From positions 320,001 through 384,000 of the forward strand of contig CAVUCU010000005.1 in the NCBI GenBank assembly GCA_963740085.1: a DNA stretch of 64,000 bases, in the 5' to 3' direction. The notes under the pieces are model-generated. The model worked only from the letters and a program-made list of their open reading frames with translations, was not told the origin of the DNA and searched no databases. The position numbers and the translations under genes are program-made. Numbering within the stretch: the stretch's first letter is position 1; each line of letters opens with the position of its first letter. This DNA comes from Nitrospirota bacterium. Lineage in GTDB: Bacteria > Nitrospirota > UBA9217. Positions 1-9,197 of the stretch are shown here, one piece after another.

Positions 1-956
1 GGTGTTTTGATCTTTCCAATATCATGGAACAGGCACGAGACCTCGAGTTCCTCCAGTGAAACATTGTTCAGGCCGATTTCCCTCCCGAGTTGAAGAGAAA
101 GCCTCGAAACCCTCATTGAGTGCCCGTGGGTATAGGGGTCTCTTGCATCGATCGCCGCGGCAAGCACTCTCACCGTGGAGACATAAGAGTCCTCCAGATC
201 TTTGGCGTATTTGTGAAGCCTGCCGCTCTGTTCGTCTATGACTACCATCATTTCATTGAAGCTCGCAGTCAATCTTCCGAACTCGTCATGCGAGTAGATT
301 TTGAGCCGCCGATTTTTTTTCCCTTCCTTGAGGTCATCCATGCCATCGGAAAGCTCTTGAATCGGCTTTGTCAAAAACGAGGAAAGGACCACGCTGCCGG
401 CAATGCCCAACAGGAGAATTCCCGTAAAGATTACCATGATCTTCTTTCGCGCCGCATGCTGGGCATCCTGCACCGCCGATTTGTTCACGCTGAGGATGAC
501 CGAACCCTTCCGCTTATTGAATATGACGATAGGGCTTACGATTTCAAAACCGGCAGCGGACGAACTCATTGATTCCTTTACCGTGGTTCCGTCACCGCCT
601 TGCAGGAGTAATCGCCCCTGAGGGGACGACAATATCTTTCCGGCCTTGTCTACATCGCTGTGCGCTATGATTTTCATATTGGGACCCACGATCGCTACCG
701 ACTCTATATCACGATTTGACTCGCGCATCTTGAAAACCATATTGTCAAGACCGAGGAAGTCCTTCGAGAGCAGACTGTAACCCGCAGATGCCGCGGCACT
801 TTTCGAAAGCGCTTCGGATTTCTTGAGCACCTCATTGAGGAGATAATGATTCATGATCGTGAGGGTGGTCGTGTAGAATGAAACAGCGGAGATGATGAGC
901 AGGAAGAGCACCATGCCGGTAATTTTGACTCTGATGTTGTTAAATTTGGTGAGCAT
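1..956 (-). CDS. HAMP + HD-GYP domain membrane protein (c-di-GMP phosphodiesterase-like), truncated by window edge
   Basis: Manual translation from ATG 956: N-terminal TM, periplasmic region, TM, HAMP-like 'TKPIQELSDGM...DEFGRLTASFNEM', then 'AIDARDPYTHGHSMRVS...LFHDIGK', the start of an HD-GYP domain. Not in the ORF track because it runs off the edge. Confidence 0.85.
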   Translation of the reverse strand, partial: MLTKFNNIRVKITGMVLFLLIISAVSFYTTTLTIMNHYLLNEVLKKSEALSKSAAASAGYSLLSKDFLGLDNMVFKMRESNRDIESVAIVGPNMKIIAHSDVDKAGKILSSPQGRLLLQGGDGTTVKESMSSSAAGFEIVSPIVIFNKRKGSVILSVNKSAVQDAQHAARKKIMVIFTGILLLGIAGSVVLSSFLTKPIQELSDGMDDLKEGKKNRRLKIYSHDEFGRLTASFNEMMVVIDEQSGRLHKYAKDLEDSYVSTVRVLAAAIDARDPYTHGHSMRVSRLSLQLGREIGLNNVSLEELEVSCLFHDIGKIKT

Positions 957-1275
957 AGCGATGCGCGATCTTCTCATTAACATTAACAACTATCAATGCA
1001 ACACCGGGCGCAGAGCAAACAACAGATACGGTTAAAACTATACCGTAAATTATCTGTTTTGGCAAGATAAAACTGTTATAAACATATGTTTACAAACAAC
1101 TCAATCCTGTATGATTTTACCCCCTACTTCTACTTCTTGCTCTTCGCATCTGCAATTCAGTCAGCTGTGAATACACCGCTGATCTGCGACTTTTTCGATG
1201 GGCTTAATCGTTTGCGTCATTGTCATTAGGCGATCAAAATAGCGCCTCTATACCGCGGTGAATGCCCTCGCATCC

Positions 1276-2484
1276 TCACTTCACCTCCGCTTTTTTGAAA
1301 CTCCGGTACAACAGCAGATCATAGACGATCTTGAGCCCGCCGGCCATAAAGAACGGCGCGCTCAGAAGGGCCGGATATGCGAGAAAGATACCGGCAAGGA
1401 CTGGCGAGATCGCCGCGCCAACAGAGCGTGCAATTCCGGTCACCCCCGAGGCAGCGGAGCGCTCATCAGGATCAACCACGGCCATGGTGTAGGACTGGCG
1501 CGTGGGCACGTCCATCTGGGATATGCTGAAACGGAGAAGGAGTACGGCAATAGCCAGGCCGAGACTCGGCATGAGCGGCACGAGGCACAACAGCACGTTC
1601 GACGGGATGTGGGTGAAGACCATGGTGTTGATCAATCCGATGCGGGACGCTATCCGGACAGCGAGCAGCGCAGAAACACCTGCCAGAATGTTCGCGCCGA
1701 AGAAGATGCTCCCGAGGGCCCCTGCGTCAATGCCGAATTTGATATGGAACCAGTAGGCCACCATGCTCTGGATCACGAAACCGCCTGCAAAGGCATCAAG
1801 GGCAAAAAGGGCGGAGAGCTTTAACACCACCCCTTTTGACCTATGGAGACCGAGCACGCGCCCTGCAGCCGGGGCCGGCCCTGCTGTTTCAACAGCCGGG
1901 GAGAGGAACATGAAAAAAACAAAGAGGACCACGCCGCACGCTGCATAGCCCAGGATCACCGCCTTATAAGACGCAAGCTCCGAAAGCCCCGCATGCCTCA
2001 GGCTCTGGGACAGGAGACCGCCGACAAGCGCGCCTGTTGCCGTTGCAAGAGAACCCGCGAGGTTGTACCAGGCAAAGGCCTTTGTGCGTTGCTCCGATGG
2101 AAGAAGCTGCGACAGCGCCGCCTGCTCCAATGAGAGGAAGGGCCCGATCTCATTCCCGCTCGGGCTTATGACCCCGATGATGGCCGCGATCATGAGCAGG
2201 ACGGGATTTCCTGTCACACTGAAGACCACTCCGGCAAGGATCATGAGCCCGGCGCCGAGAAGCAGCATCTTTTTTCTGCCGATCCGGTCGGCGGTTGTCG
2301 TGATCCAGAGCGAAATGCCCGCGTCGCCGAAGAGAGTAAGCGTGAAGAGCAGGCCGATCTGCGCCCCGCTCAGGCCGGCCTCATGAAGGTAAAGGGCAAG
2401 CACCACCGAGAGCGCGCCGTAGGCAAAGAGACGCACGCTTCTCGCACTGAAGAGCAGGGCGACGTCACGCCGCGTATGCGCCAT
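1276..2484 (-). CDS. MFS transporter
   Basis: About 12 hydrophobic segments; MFS motif A-like 'ADRIGRKK'. Confidence 0.85.
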   Translation of the reverse strand: MAHTRRDVALLFSARSVRLFAYGALSVVLALYLHEAGLSGAQIGLLFTLTLFGDAGISLWITTTADRIGRKKMLLLGAGLMILAGVVFSVTGNPVLLMIAAIIGVISPSGNEIGPFLSLEQAALSQLLPSEQRTKAFAWYNLAGSLATATGALVGGLLSQSLRHAGLSELASYKAVILGYAACGVVLFVFFMFLSPAVETAGPAPAAGRVLGLHRSKGVVLKLSALFALDAFAGGFVIQSMVAYWFHIKFGIDAGALGSIFFGANILAGVSALLAVRIASRIGLINTMVFTHIPSNVLLCLVPLMPSLGLAIAVLLLRFSISQMDVPTRQSYTMAVVDPDERSAASGVTGIARSVGAAISPVLAGIFLAYPALLSAPFFMAGGLKIVYDLLLYRSFKKAEVK

Positions 2485-2929
2485 GGGGCTTCCCCTTCGC
2501 GATCATCTCCTTGCAATAGGCATAAAGCGCATCGTATACGATCCATTCGGCCGCGTTGATCGCGTGGTCGTCCTTGAGTCCCAGGTGCCGGAATCCTTCG
2601 GCGATCGCGTTCAGGCCCGGCCCCTCGGGCTGGTGATGAAGGCTGTTATCGGTGTCCGCGCCGTTCACGATCCTGGCGAGAAGGACAAGGGCCGGGTCTT
2701 TCGCGAGATCGTACTTCTTCACGATCGCGTCAAATGAGCATTCCTTGCCGTGATGTCCCAGCTCCGCGTTCGGAACGTCAAAGGGAATCGCACTGATTCG
2801 TGCGGCCTCGGACCGGACCTTCTCTGCAGGTACAAAGAAAAATTCAGCGTCCTTGTCCACGAACTTTTTAATGAGCCAGGGACAGGCAACTCGATCCACC
2901 TTTACTTTTTCACGGGTGATCCATTTCAC
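2465..2929 (-). CDS. Chromate resistance protein ChrB C-terminal-domain family protein
   Basis: 'KWITREKVKVDRVACPWLIKKFVD...AIPFD...HHGKECSFDA' signature; GTG start at 2929 follows a GGAG RBS. Confidence 0.8.
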   Translation of the reverse strand: MKWITREKVKVDRVACPWLIKKFVDKDAEFFFVPAEKVRSEAARISAIPFDVPNAELGHHGKECSFDAIVKKYDLAKDPALVLLARIVNGADTDNSLHHQPEGPGLNAIAEGFRHLGLKDDHAINAAEWIVYDALYAYCKEMIAKGKPHGAYAA

Positions 2930-3007
2930 GGATGTCTCCTCTTCTGCCCGGCGGGCTGGACGACCGCAGAGGACGCCCCAGCACAATGAGAAAACCTTTG
3001 TTGCCAC

Positions 3008-4771
3008 CTACTCAAATTCCGGCATACGCAGCACCCCGGTACGCGAAGAAGGCCCGAGCGATCCGATCGTTCTGAGCACGGGCTGCACTTCTTCCAGTGT
3101 GCGCGCAAGGGCGCTTTCGGTTTCGTCCTCAGTACCGAATGATATCAGGCCTGAGATCCTCTTGGACAGCGATTTCTTTTCAGGAAAGATTTTTAAACGT
3201 ACAGGCGCGTTTTCCCGAAGCTTGGCTGCAGTACGTACAAGCTGCAAAGCCGCGGGGAATCCGCCCAATTCGTCCACCAGACCCAGTCTCTTCGCATCCT
3301 CTCCGGTCCAGATCCGGCCCTTTGCGATCTTTTCCACCTCTTCCTTAGATAGTTTCCTGCTTGTGGCGACCTTGGTGGTGAAGTCGTCATATACGCGGTC
3401 GAGCCATTGGCTGAACCGGGCCCGCTGTTCCGGCGTAAAGTCGCTGGTCTGGGTCCAGGCGTTGGCGTTCCTGCTTGTGTGCACCTCGTCCCAGGTCACG
3501 CCGAGCTTGTTCCAGAACCCGGTCGTGATCAGCTTCCCGCCGAAGACACCGATGGACCCCGTGATCGTCCCCGGCTGGGCCACGATCTTGTCAGCCGCCA
3601 TGGCAATGAAATAACCGCCCGAGGCCGCCGTCCCGCCCATGGATGCTATGACCGGTTTTCCCGCTTTTTTCGCGTTGATGAGCTCGCGCCAGATGGTGTC
3701 CGAGGCCACATAGGACCCGCCGGGGCTGTCGACGCGGAACAGGATGGCCTTCACGTCCTTGTCCTCCACCGCCGCCCGTATCGCGGATGCGATCGTATCC
3801 GAGCCCATGATGATCTCACCGGTAGCGGGTTCATATCCGCTCTTCCCGCGCATGATCCCGCCAACGCCGTAGATCAACGCAATGGTCGTCCCCTTCTTGT
3901 AGGGGCTGCCGGCCCGCTTCCGGTATTCCGTCAGCGAAAGAAACTCGGCCTTTGCGCCCGCCTTTTCCTTGATCCTGTCGTAGGCCTCGTCACGGTACCC
4001 CAACCCGTCGATCAGCTTCGCGTCCACCGCTTGCTGACCAAGGAACGGCCCTTCGTTGATAAGCGAACGGACCTGCTCTTCGGCAAGCCTGCGTGAAGCA
4101 GAGATCCCCTTGACGATCTGGCTGAACTGGGACCCCATCACCTGCATGATCTCTTCACGGTGCGGCGGTAAATACCTGCGCTCGGTGAACATGTACCGGT
4201 AGGACTTGTATTCCTTCCTGCCGTCTATGCGCGGGACGATGCCGAGTTTGTCCAGGGTCCCGCGGACAAAGGGCTGCTCGAAGATGAGCCCGGTGAGTCC
4301 CACGTCGCCGGAGGGCTGAAGATAGATCGTGTCGAACGCCGTCGCGAGATAGTAGGAAGAGTTCCCCGGGGCAGCCTCGCCAAAGGTCTCCGCATAGGCG
4401 ATCGCGGGTTTGCCTGTTGCGCGGAAGGCGATGATCGCATCCCTCACCTCCTGTACCTGCGCCAGCCTCACGCCCGACTGGCCCACCCTGGCCACCAGCC
4501 CCTTGACCCGGTCGTCTTTCGACGCCTTCTGAAGCGCCTCCACCACGTCGCGCACACGCACCTTTTTCGTCAACAGGACCCGGGCAAGGCCGTCGTCGGG
4601 AACGTGCTCGATCATCCCCTGCTCGAAGTCAGCTTCCAGTATCACCCGGCCCGGCACTCGGCCGGTGAAGAGCCAGTAATAGAGTCCGATCGCGGTCACG
4701 ATAAGAATAAGAAGAACGAAAAAGATAGTTGAACAACCGCTTCTGCTCTGCCTTCGGTCATCTCCGTACAT
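3008..4771 (-). CDS. sppA: Signal peptide peptidase SppA (protease IV, long type)
   Basis: Two S49 domains; 'RVDSPGG', 'AASGGY', 'TGSIGV', 'GRIWTG'. Confidence 0.92.
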   Translation of the reverse strand: MYGDDRRQSRSGCSTIFFVLLILIVTAIGLYYWLFTGRVPGRVILEADFEQGMIEHVPDDGLARVLLTKKVRVRDVVEALQKASKDDRVKGLVARVGQSGVRLAQVQEVRDAIIAFRATGKPAIAYAETFGEAAPGNSSYYLATAFDTIYLQPSGDVGLTGLIFEQPFVRGTLDKLGIVPRIDGRKEYKSYRYMFTERRYLPPHREEIMQVMGSQFSQIVKGISASRRLAEEQVRSLINEGPFLGQQAVDAKLIDGLGYRDEAYDRIKEKAGAKAEFLSLTEYRKRAGSPYKKGTTIALIYGVGGIMRGKSGYEPATGEIIMGSDTIASAIRAAVEDKDVKAILFRVDSPGGSYVASDTIWRELINAKKAGKPVIASMGGTAASGGYFIAMAADKIVAQPGTITGSIGVFGGKLITTGFWNKLGVTWDEVHTSRNANAWTQTSDFTPEQRARFSQWLDRVYDDFTTKVATSRKLSKEEVEKIAKGRIWTGEDAKRLGLVDELGGFPAALQLVRTAAKLRENAPVRLKIFPEKKSLSKRISGLISFGTEDETESALARTLEEVQPVLRTIGSLGPSSRTGVLRMPEFE

Positions 4772-4817
4772 GGATAGCCTCCTTTTCAGTGATGCGGTGA
4801 TAAAGATTGTGATTGTT

Positions 4818-4936
4818 TCTCGCGGAGACGCAGAGGCCGCGGAGAGTAAAACGATAAGTCTCTAGATCATCTCGTCTAGCCCGGCATCCTCTGTTCTGCA
4901 AGAGACGCCTTTTGGTTCCTCTCTGTCAAGGCTAGG
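4818..4936. repeat. 9-nt-periodic hairpin element (family A), degenerate
   Basis: cgcggagacgcagaggccgcggag ... ctctgttctgcaagaga plus a degenerate TTTGGTTCC end motif. Confidence 0.55.
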
Positions 4937-5073
4937 AAAAGAATAGAGGATTTTTTCGGAAATGGCAAGGACCGCTTTGATGATCGGGGATAACTCGGGT
5001 ATTTGCTTCTCGGATGGCTTAAAAGAGACACGATGTCAGGGAACAGGGTCAGGCCCGCTGAGCGTTAAAAGAA

Positions 5074-5097
5074 GGAGAGAGGGATGCCCTCTCTCCC
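5074..5097 (-). terminator. Hairpin downstream of cytochrome c gene
   Basis: GGAGAGAGGG-atg-CCCTCTCTCC inverted repeat, followed by a T-rich tract on the minus strand. Confidence 0.55.
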
Positions 5098-5112
5098 ATG
5101 GATAAGACAGGA

Positions 5113-5493
5113 TCAGCAACCAACTGCGGCTTTTTTCTTGGCCGGTGCGGCGCCTTTCGGCGGTATGCTCTTCATGTAGGACACAAGGTCCTTCATCTGT
5201 TCGGACTTCACGTCCAGGGCCTTGCCCTTGAGCGCCAAAGTAATGCAGACGTTGGTCGCCTCTTCGAGGGACGTAAACTCCCCGCCCGGGTTTTTCCACA
5301 TCGTCTTGCTGCCGACCCCTTCGAGGCCTTTGCCGTCGGGGTGACAGGTGTTGCAGGATTTTCCCACTGTTCCGAGCTTCGTGTCGTTGAACAGGGCCTT
5401 TCCACGGTCTTCAGGCGTGTGATGCATCGCGAGCACTGCGGAAGCGAGCAGCATCGCGATCGCGACAAGCGCAATAATCTTCAATGACTTCAT
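5113..5493 (-). CDS. Monoheme c-type cytochrome, exported
   Basis: Signal peptide, CxxCH (CNTCH), GGAGG RBS before ATG 5493. Confidence 0.85.
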   Translation of the reverse strand: MKSLKIIALVAIAMLLASAVLAMHHTPEDRGKALFNDTKLGTVGKSCNTCHPDGKGLEGVGSKTMWKNPGGEFTSLEEATNVCITLALKGKALDVKSEQMKDLVSYMKSIPPKGAAPAKKKAAVGC

Positions 5494-5911
5494 TCTTTTT
5501 TCACCTCCTTTCCCTTTAAAAGTTATATCAACCGGCTTGAACGGGAATCTTCCGCTTTTTCGGCCGGACAAAGATATTTTGGTAAACCAATAATGCGGAT
5601 AGATGAGAGTATAGCACATATTTGTCGGGGACAGGGGCACATCGGATGAATTTCCCCAATCGGGCAACGCAACAAATCCATTGAGTTTTTGCGGGAAGTT
5701 GGTATCTTTACCCTATCAAAATGATGCTATTAGTTGTATTGTGCAGCGATTCAAGGCAAGGGGGGGCACAAGCACCGGCCCCTGGAAGCGTTCGGCAACA
5801 AGCCTGGCGCGAACCACTTCGCAGGATGACCTCATCTCAATCCACGAACGATAGAGGTGAATGAGCACCATCAGAAAGTTGACGATTGAATTCTTTTACG
5901 AGGTTTGACGC

Positions 5912-6214
5912 ATGGAGCCAATAAGCAAGACGCAAAAGAAGAAAGAGGCCCTGTCTTTACAGGCACTGGGAGAGCGGCTGGTGACCCTTTCGGTCGAACA
6001 ACTCAAGAACATCGAACTGCCGTCAGACCTGTTCAACGCCGTCATCCTGGCAAAAAAGCTCAAGAAACACGGCGCGCGGCTGAGGCAGATGCAGTATATC
6101 GGCACCTTGATGCGTAAATATGACCCTCAGCCTGTGCAAGAGGCCCTTTTGCGTATGGAACAGGGGAACCGCGGCCGATCCGCGGAGCACGGGAGGAGAA
6201 ACGTAGCGGTATGA
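5912..6214 (+). CDS. Ribosome-associated YjgA/DarP (DUF615) family protein, short form
   Basis: 'SKTQKKKEALSLQALGERL...RQMQYIGTLMR' motifs. Confidence 0.8.
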   Translation: MEPISKTQKKKEALSLQALGERLVTLSVEQLKNIELPSDLFNAVILAKKLKKHGARLRQMQYIGTLMRKYDPQPVQEALLRMEQGNRGRSAEHGRRNVAV

Positions 6215-6266
6215 GTCGATAGCCGGACGGTCCAGGACCCCGGTTGACGCCCGATCCCTTGAAGCT

Positions 6267-6410
6267 TTACCTGGTCTCTCCCTCTTCCGTAGCCGGAACA
6301 GGCTTCTCTGCTGCGTTTTTTTCCAGCTTGCGCTGCTTCTTTTCCTCGTTCTTTTTTTTCTTCGCTATTTCCTTCTGACGCTTTTGAAAATCAAAATTCG
6401 GTTTCGCCAA
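6267..6410 (-). CDS. Small basic protein (47 aa)
   Basis: TTG start after GGAG RBS; MAKPNFDFQKRQKEIAKKKKNEEKKQRKLEKNAAEKPVPATEEGETR; below the ORF-track size cutoff. Confidence 0.65.
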   Translation of the reverse strand: MAKPNFDFQKRQKEIAKKKKNEEKKQRKLEKNAAEKPVPATEEGETR

Positions 6411-6551
6411 TGATTGCTCCTTTGAGAAATTATTTATTGATCCGGCATGTGGTAACCATGACTGCCCTATTATACAGGGATGACGAACAGGATGTATACA
6501 TACTTATGTGAGGAGGAGCGGCAAGGTCCTTCCTGCCCGAAAGTATTGGAG

Positions 6552-7838
6552 CTATATCTCCCAGGGATAACCGATGAAGATCGCCGGGGAGACCCCTTCT
6601 TTCCCGAAACCGATATCACCCCGGAACACAACGCCCGACGCGGTAACCACCCTGAGCCCGAAGCCGTAGGAATCGCGCATCTCCTTCCTCTTTGTTATAT
6701 CGCTGCGGACGTCGGAGGTGGCGCCGGTCTCGTAGAACAGGGAGACCTGGACCGAGGTGCGAACGTCCTTCATGACGAAAATGTCAAAGGGCGTCCGCTC
6801 ATCGGTGAGGTTCCACCGGATCTCGGTACCGTAGAACAGCGTGTGCGCCCCCTTGTAACGGCCCTGAGGATACCCGCGCAGCCTGCTGAACCCGCCGAGA
6901 GACGTGGCGGTCCCGTATTTGTTGTTCGCGATCATGTTGGCTATCACCTCGTTGCAGAATTGCTGCTGTTCGGGATCGGTGACCGTGCTGCAGTTCAATC
7001 CCTGCTGCTGTTGAAGCTTTGCCGGGTCTGTTTCTCCCTGCCGGTTCACGACCGCGTCCGAGCGCAGGACATTGAACGCCCAGGTGCTCCTCCTTCCGAG
7101 CGGGATATAGGCGGTTGTGTTGTAATCCATCACGTAAAAGTCCGGCCCGGAGTCCCGTGGCGGCGTCTGCGAACGGGTCACGTCGATCCGGATCCCCCGG
7201 CGGGGGTCACTGTAGTCATCGGTCAGGTCGAGCCTGGTCCCGAACAGCGTGTTGTGGCCGCGACTACGGGAAGAATCCTGGGCTTCGACGATGACATTCC
7301 CGTCCTTGTCCCTTATGCTTTTCAGCTTCATGGCTCCCTGGTACCATGCCCCGTAGACCTCAAAGCGGCGTTCAAAGAACGTCGCGGTCATGCGGCCGCC
7401 CTCGTATTCCGTATCGCCGAATTCGATCAGCCGGTAATCATGCTTGTCCGTGTTCATGCCCCGCTGGCTGTAGCTCTGTATCGTCGCTTCGTTGACCGTT
7501 CCGTATCCGATGTCCAGGATGAGCGTTCGGGGAACGAGGTGGATATCGGCAACGCCGAGGGAGGCGCCCCTCACCTCGCCCGAAAATAGTATCCCGTAGA
7601 CATCCGTATAGGTGTCCATGACATTCATCATGCCGCCGACCAGGCCGATGCCCTTGCCGATGCCCGGCAGGCTGTAGGGGTAGGGAAAGAGCGCGTAACC
7701 GGGGTCCTTCGAGAACTGCTCCTTGCGTCGATCGACGATGATCGAATGATCCGCCGGGTCCTCTACCGCTGCAGCAGGGGAGCCGAGCATGCAGACAAGA
7801 CAGGCGGCGAACAGAAGCCTCAGGAGAAGCCTTTGCAT
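6552..7838 (-). CDS. Omp85/BamA-TamA-type outer-membrane beta-barrel protein
   Basis: Signal peptide; 'LGGFSRLRGYPQGRY' (VRGY-like loop motif); aromatic C-terminal strands. Confidence 0.7.
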   Translation of the reverse strand: MQRLLLRLLFAACLVCMLGSPAAAVEDPADHSIIVDRRKEQFSKDPGYALFPYPYSLPGIGKGIGLVGGMMNVMDTYTDVYGILFSGEVRGASLGVADIHLVPRTLILDIGYGTVNEATIQSYSQRGMNTDKHDYRLIEFGDTEYEGGRMTATFFERRFEVYGAWYQGAMKLKSIRDKDGNVIVEAQDSSRSRGHNTLFGTRLDLTDDYSDPRRGIRIDVTRSQTPPRDSGPDFYVMDYNTTAYIPLGRRSTWAFNVLRSDAVVNRQGETDPAKLQQQQGLNCSTVTDPEQQQFCNEVIANMIANNKYGTATSLGGFSRLRGYPQGRYKGAHTLFYGTEIRWNLTDERTPFDIFVMKDVRTSVQVSLFYETGATSDVRSDITKRKEMRDSYGFGLRVVTASGVVFRGDIGFGKEGVSPAIFIGYPWEI

Positions 7839-7923
7839 CGAATACCCCCTTTGTCGCTACAGTCGTATTGTTTCAGGCCGAATGAACGAGAGGTCGCTAT
7901 TATTTAACATGATTGATTTAAAG

Positions 7924-8586
7924 TCAAGGACGTTGCTGATTTTCATGGTCAGGATCCGATGCTTTTTTTATTTTTGACTTCAGCCATTTATACGGCAGGA
8001 ACATGGAGACCCTTGCCTGATAGGCGCGATATTCCTCCCCAAATTCCCTTACCAGTTTTTTTTCTTCCAGAAATGCCCCGATGATCAAATAGGCGGTGAG
8101 GATCACATTAACCATGAGAGCGGAAATGTCCAGTTGCCCCGCCCAGACAAGGAATATGCCTGCTGAATACCAGGGATGCCGGATGATGTCCAGGACACCC
8201 GACGTGTCCAGCTTGCCTGATTCTGTTGCCGCCTCGTTCAAGGTCCCTTCTTGTATCTGTCGGATCCCCAGGAGTTGACGTGCATCATAGTGGCGCGCCC
8301 CAAGAAATAACAACAGGACAGCGGTACCGAATAAAAGAACCTGGACTATCCGTAAATATCCATCCCAGGAGAATAGCGGTTGTGTTCGAAGCGAATAGGA
8401 AAACAGCACCACGGGCACGAGGGTGAGGACTGCAACCGCATTATAAAATAAACGATAGTAACGGAATCGAGACCCCAGGCTCCTCTTGAGGTATTCCATC
8501 ACCGATATCGATATCATTGCGCTGTGCAAAAAGCACCATGCGATAACGAGCACCGCGAGGACCAGATATTTTGCGTGATCTACCAT
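7924..8586 (-). CDS. NnrU / isoprenylcysteine carboxyl methyltransferase-like membrane methyltransferase
   Basis: 'LHS', 'RHPWY', 'EEKKLVREFGEEYRAYQARVSMFLP' ICMT/PEMT-type motifs. Confidence 0.75.
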   Translation of the reverse strand: MVDHAKYLVLAVLVIAWCFLHSAMISISVMEYLKRSLGSRFRYYRLFYNAVAVLTLVPVVLFSYSLRTQPLFSWDGYLRIVQVLLFGTAVLLLFLGARHYDARQLLGIRQIQEGTLNEAATESGKLDTSGVLDIIRHPWYSAGIFLVWAGQLDISALMVNVILTAYLIIGAFLEEKKLVREFGEEYRAYQARVSMFLPYKWLKSKIKKASDPDHENQQRP

Positions 8587-8646
8587 TCCACTTCCTCGAC
8601 ATTCAGTAACTAAGAAAGCAAACTATTCTCGAAACATTAAAAATTT

Positions 8647-8789
8647 TCTCGCAGCGGCGCAGAGTTCTAAGAGAAAAACTCGCAAAGCGTTCCGGTTTAA
8701 AACAAATACTTACCGTTTTTGATTTAACTCTGCGTTCTCTGCGTGCTCTGCGAGAGATGCCCTTTGGTTCCGGCTTGTCCGGGTCAGGA
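8647..8789. repeat. Family A hairpin element with terminal motif
   Basis: tctcgcagcggcgcagag ... ctctgcgttctctgcgtgctctgcgaga, then tttggttccggcttgtccgggtcagg. Confidence 0.7.
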
Positions 8790-8903
8790 TAATTGCTTCT
8801 CGAAGCGGTATAAGCCCCTCGGTGATGGCAGACTGAAGCGAATTTGATCCATACTTTGGCTCAGAATGACAATTAATAGTGAAAAAAGGTCCCGCGGGCT
8901 TTT

Positions 8904-9197
8904 CTACCCGCAGCACCCGGCGGAGTTATCGCCGCAATCGCAGGATGGCGGACCGCCGGTCACCATACTGTTGATGATGGCTGCGGCGCAGCCCACGCCG
9001 GCGTTGACGGTGATCGCGCCGAACTCGCAGTTCAGGGCGCAGGCCCCGCATTCCATGCATTGGTCCCTGTCCGTGATCGCCGCGCGCTTGTCGCGCATCT
9101 CGAAGACCCTCTGCGGGCAGACCTCGACGCACCTGCCGCAGCCGGTGCACTTTTCCCGTGCGTATTGAAGTGTCGTCACGTTGGCAAGGTATTTCAT
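8904..9197 (-). CDS. hgcB: Mercury methylation ferredoxin HgcB
   Basis: Two CxxCxxCxxxC motifs, 'CMECGACA', 'GVGCA', C-terminal 'CDC...GCCG'; ATGA overlap with the hgcA stop. Confidence 0.93.
   Translation of the reverse strand: MKYLANVTTLQYAREKCTGCGRCVEVCPQRVFEMRDKRAAITDRDQCMECGACALNCEFGAITVNAGVGCAAAIINSMVTGGPPSCDCGDNSAGCCG

Noticed and set aside
5700-5900. Possible ncRNA or riboswitch upstream of the yjgA-like gene
   Set aside because: No recognisable family motif or convincing structure by eye; an Rfam scan would be needed.
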